From Vicugna vicugna (lineage: Eukaryota), in contig MU058781.1 in NCBI GenBank assembly GCA_013265495.1, positions 11,203,009 to 11,267,008 on the forward strand: a stretch of DNA of 64,000 bases. Reading direction: 5' to 3'. Of this stretch, positions 63,946 to 64,000 are shown piece by piece. Every line of letters starts with the position of its first letter. The first letter of the stretch is position 1. Under the pieces are notes generated by a model that saw only the letters and a list, made by a program, of their open reading frames with translations, was not told where the DNA came from and made no database searches. A program made the position numbers and the translations under genes.

Positions 63946-64000
63946 CCCGTGGTGAATGAGGCTTATGCAGGTTTCCTGGCAGCAGGAGTCAGTGTCTGCC

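Overview
Mammalian genomic DNA, most likely a camelid (inferred from a camelid-type tRNA-derived SINE and the style of the L1 3' ends), covering the conserved head-to-head DCDC2 / MRS2 locus. Minus strand: DCDC2 coding exon 1 (27199-27491), exon 2 (22938-22992) and about 23 kb of intron 2; exon 3 onward was not found and presumably lies left of the window. The KAAG1/RU2AS-like antisense ORF overlaps DCDC2 exon 1 but departs from the human frame once it leaves the DCDC2 CDS. Plus strand: MRS2 (mitochondrial CorA-family Mg2+ channel) exons 1-9, which splice into one open frame of 1089 nt (363 codons) ending just past the GMN motif; the last exons lie beyond a degenerate antisense L1 that fills the end of the window. 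Both genes have CpG-island promoters (an RFX X-box for DCDC2; NRF1/ETS/CCAAT motifs for MRS2). The rest is mostly interspersed repeats. I found no convincing novel multi-gene system. The best leads are small: a perfect 113-bp tandem duplication, an L1 with an atypical 3' tail, stacked L1 tails, an overlapping uORF in MRS2, a G4 fused to a (CA)17 tract in the DCDC2 promoter, and a dense hairpin cluster in unannotated intergenic DNA. Repeat family names and all human comparisons come from memory, not from a search.
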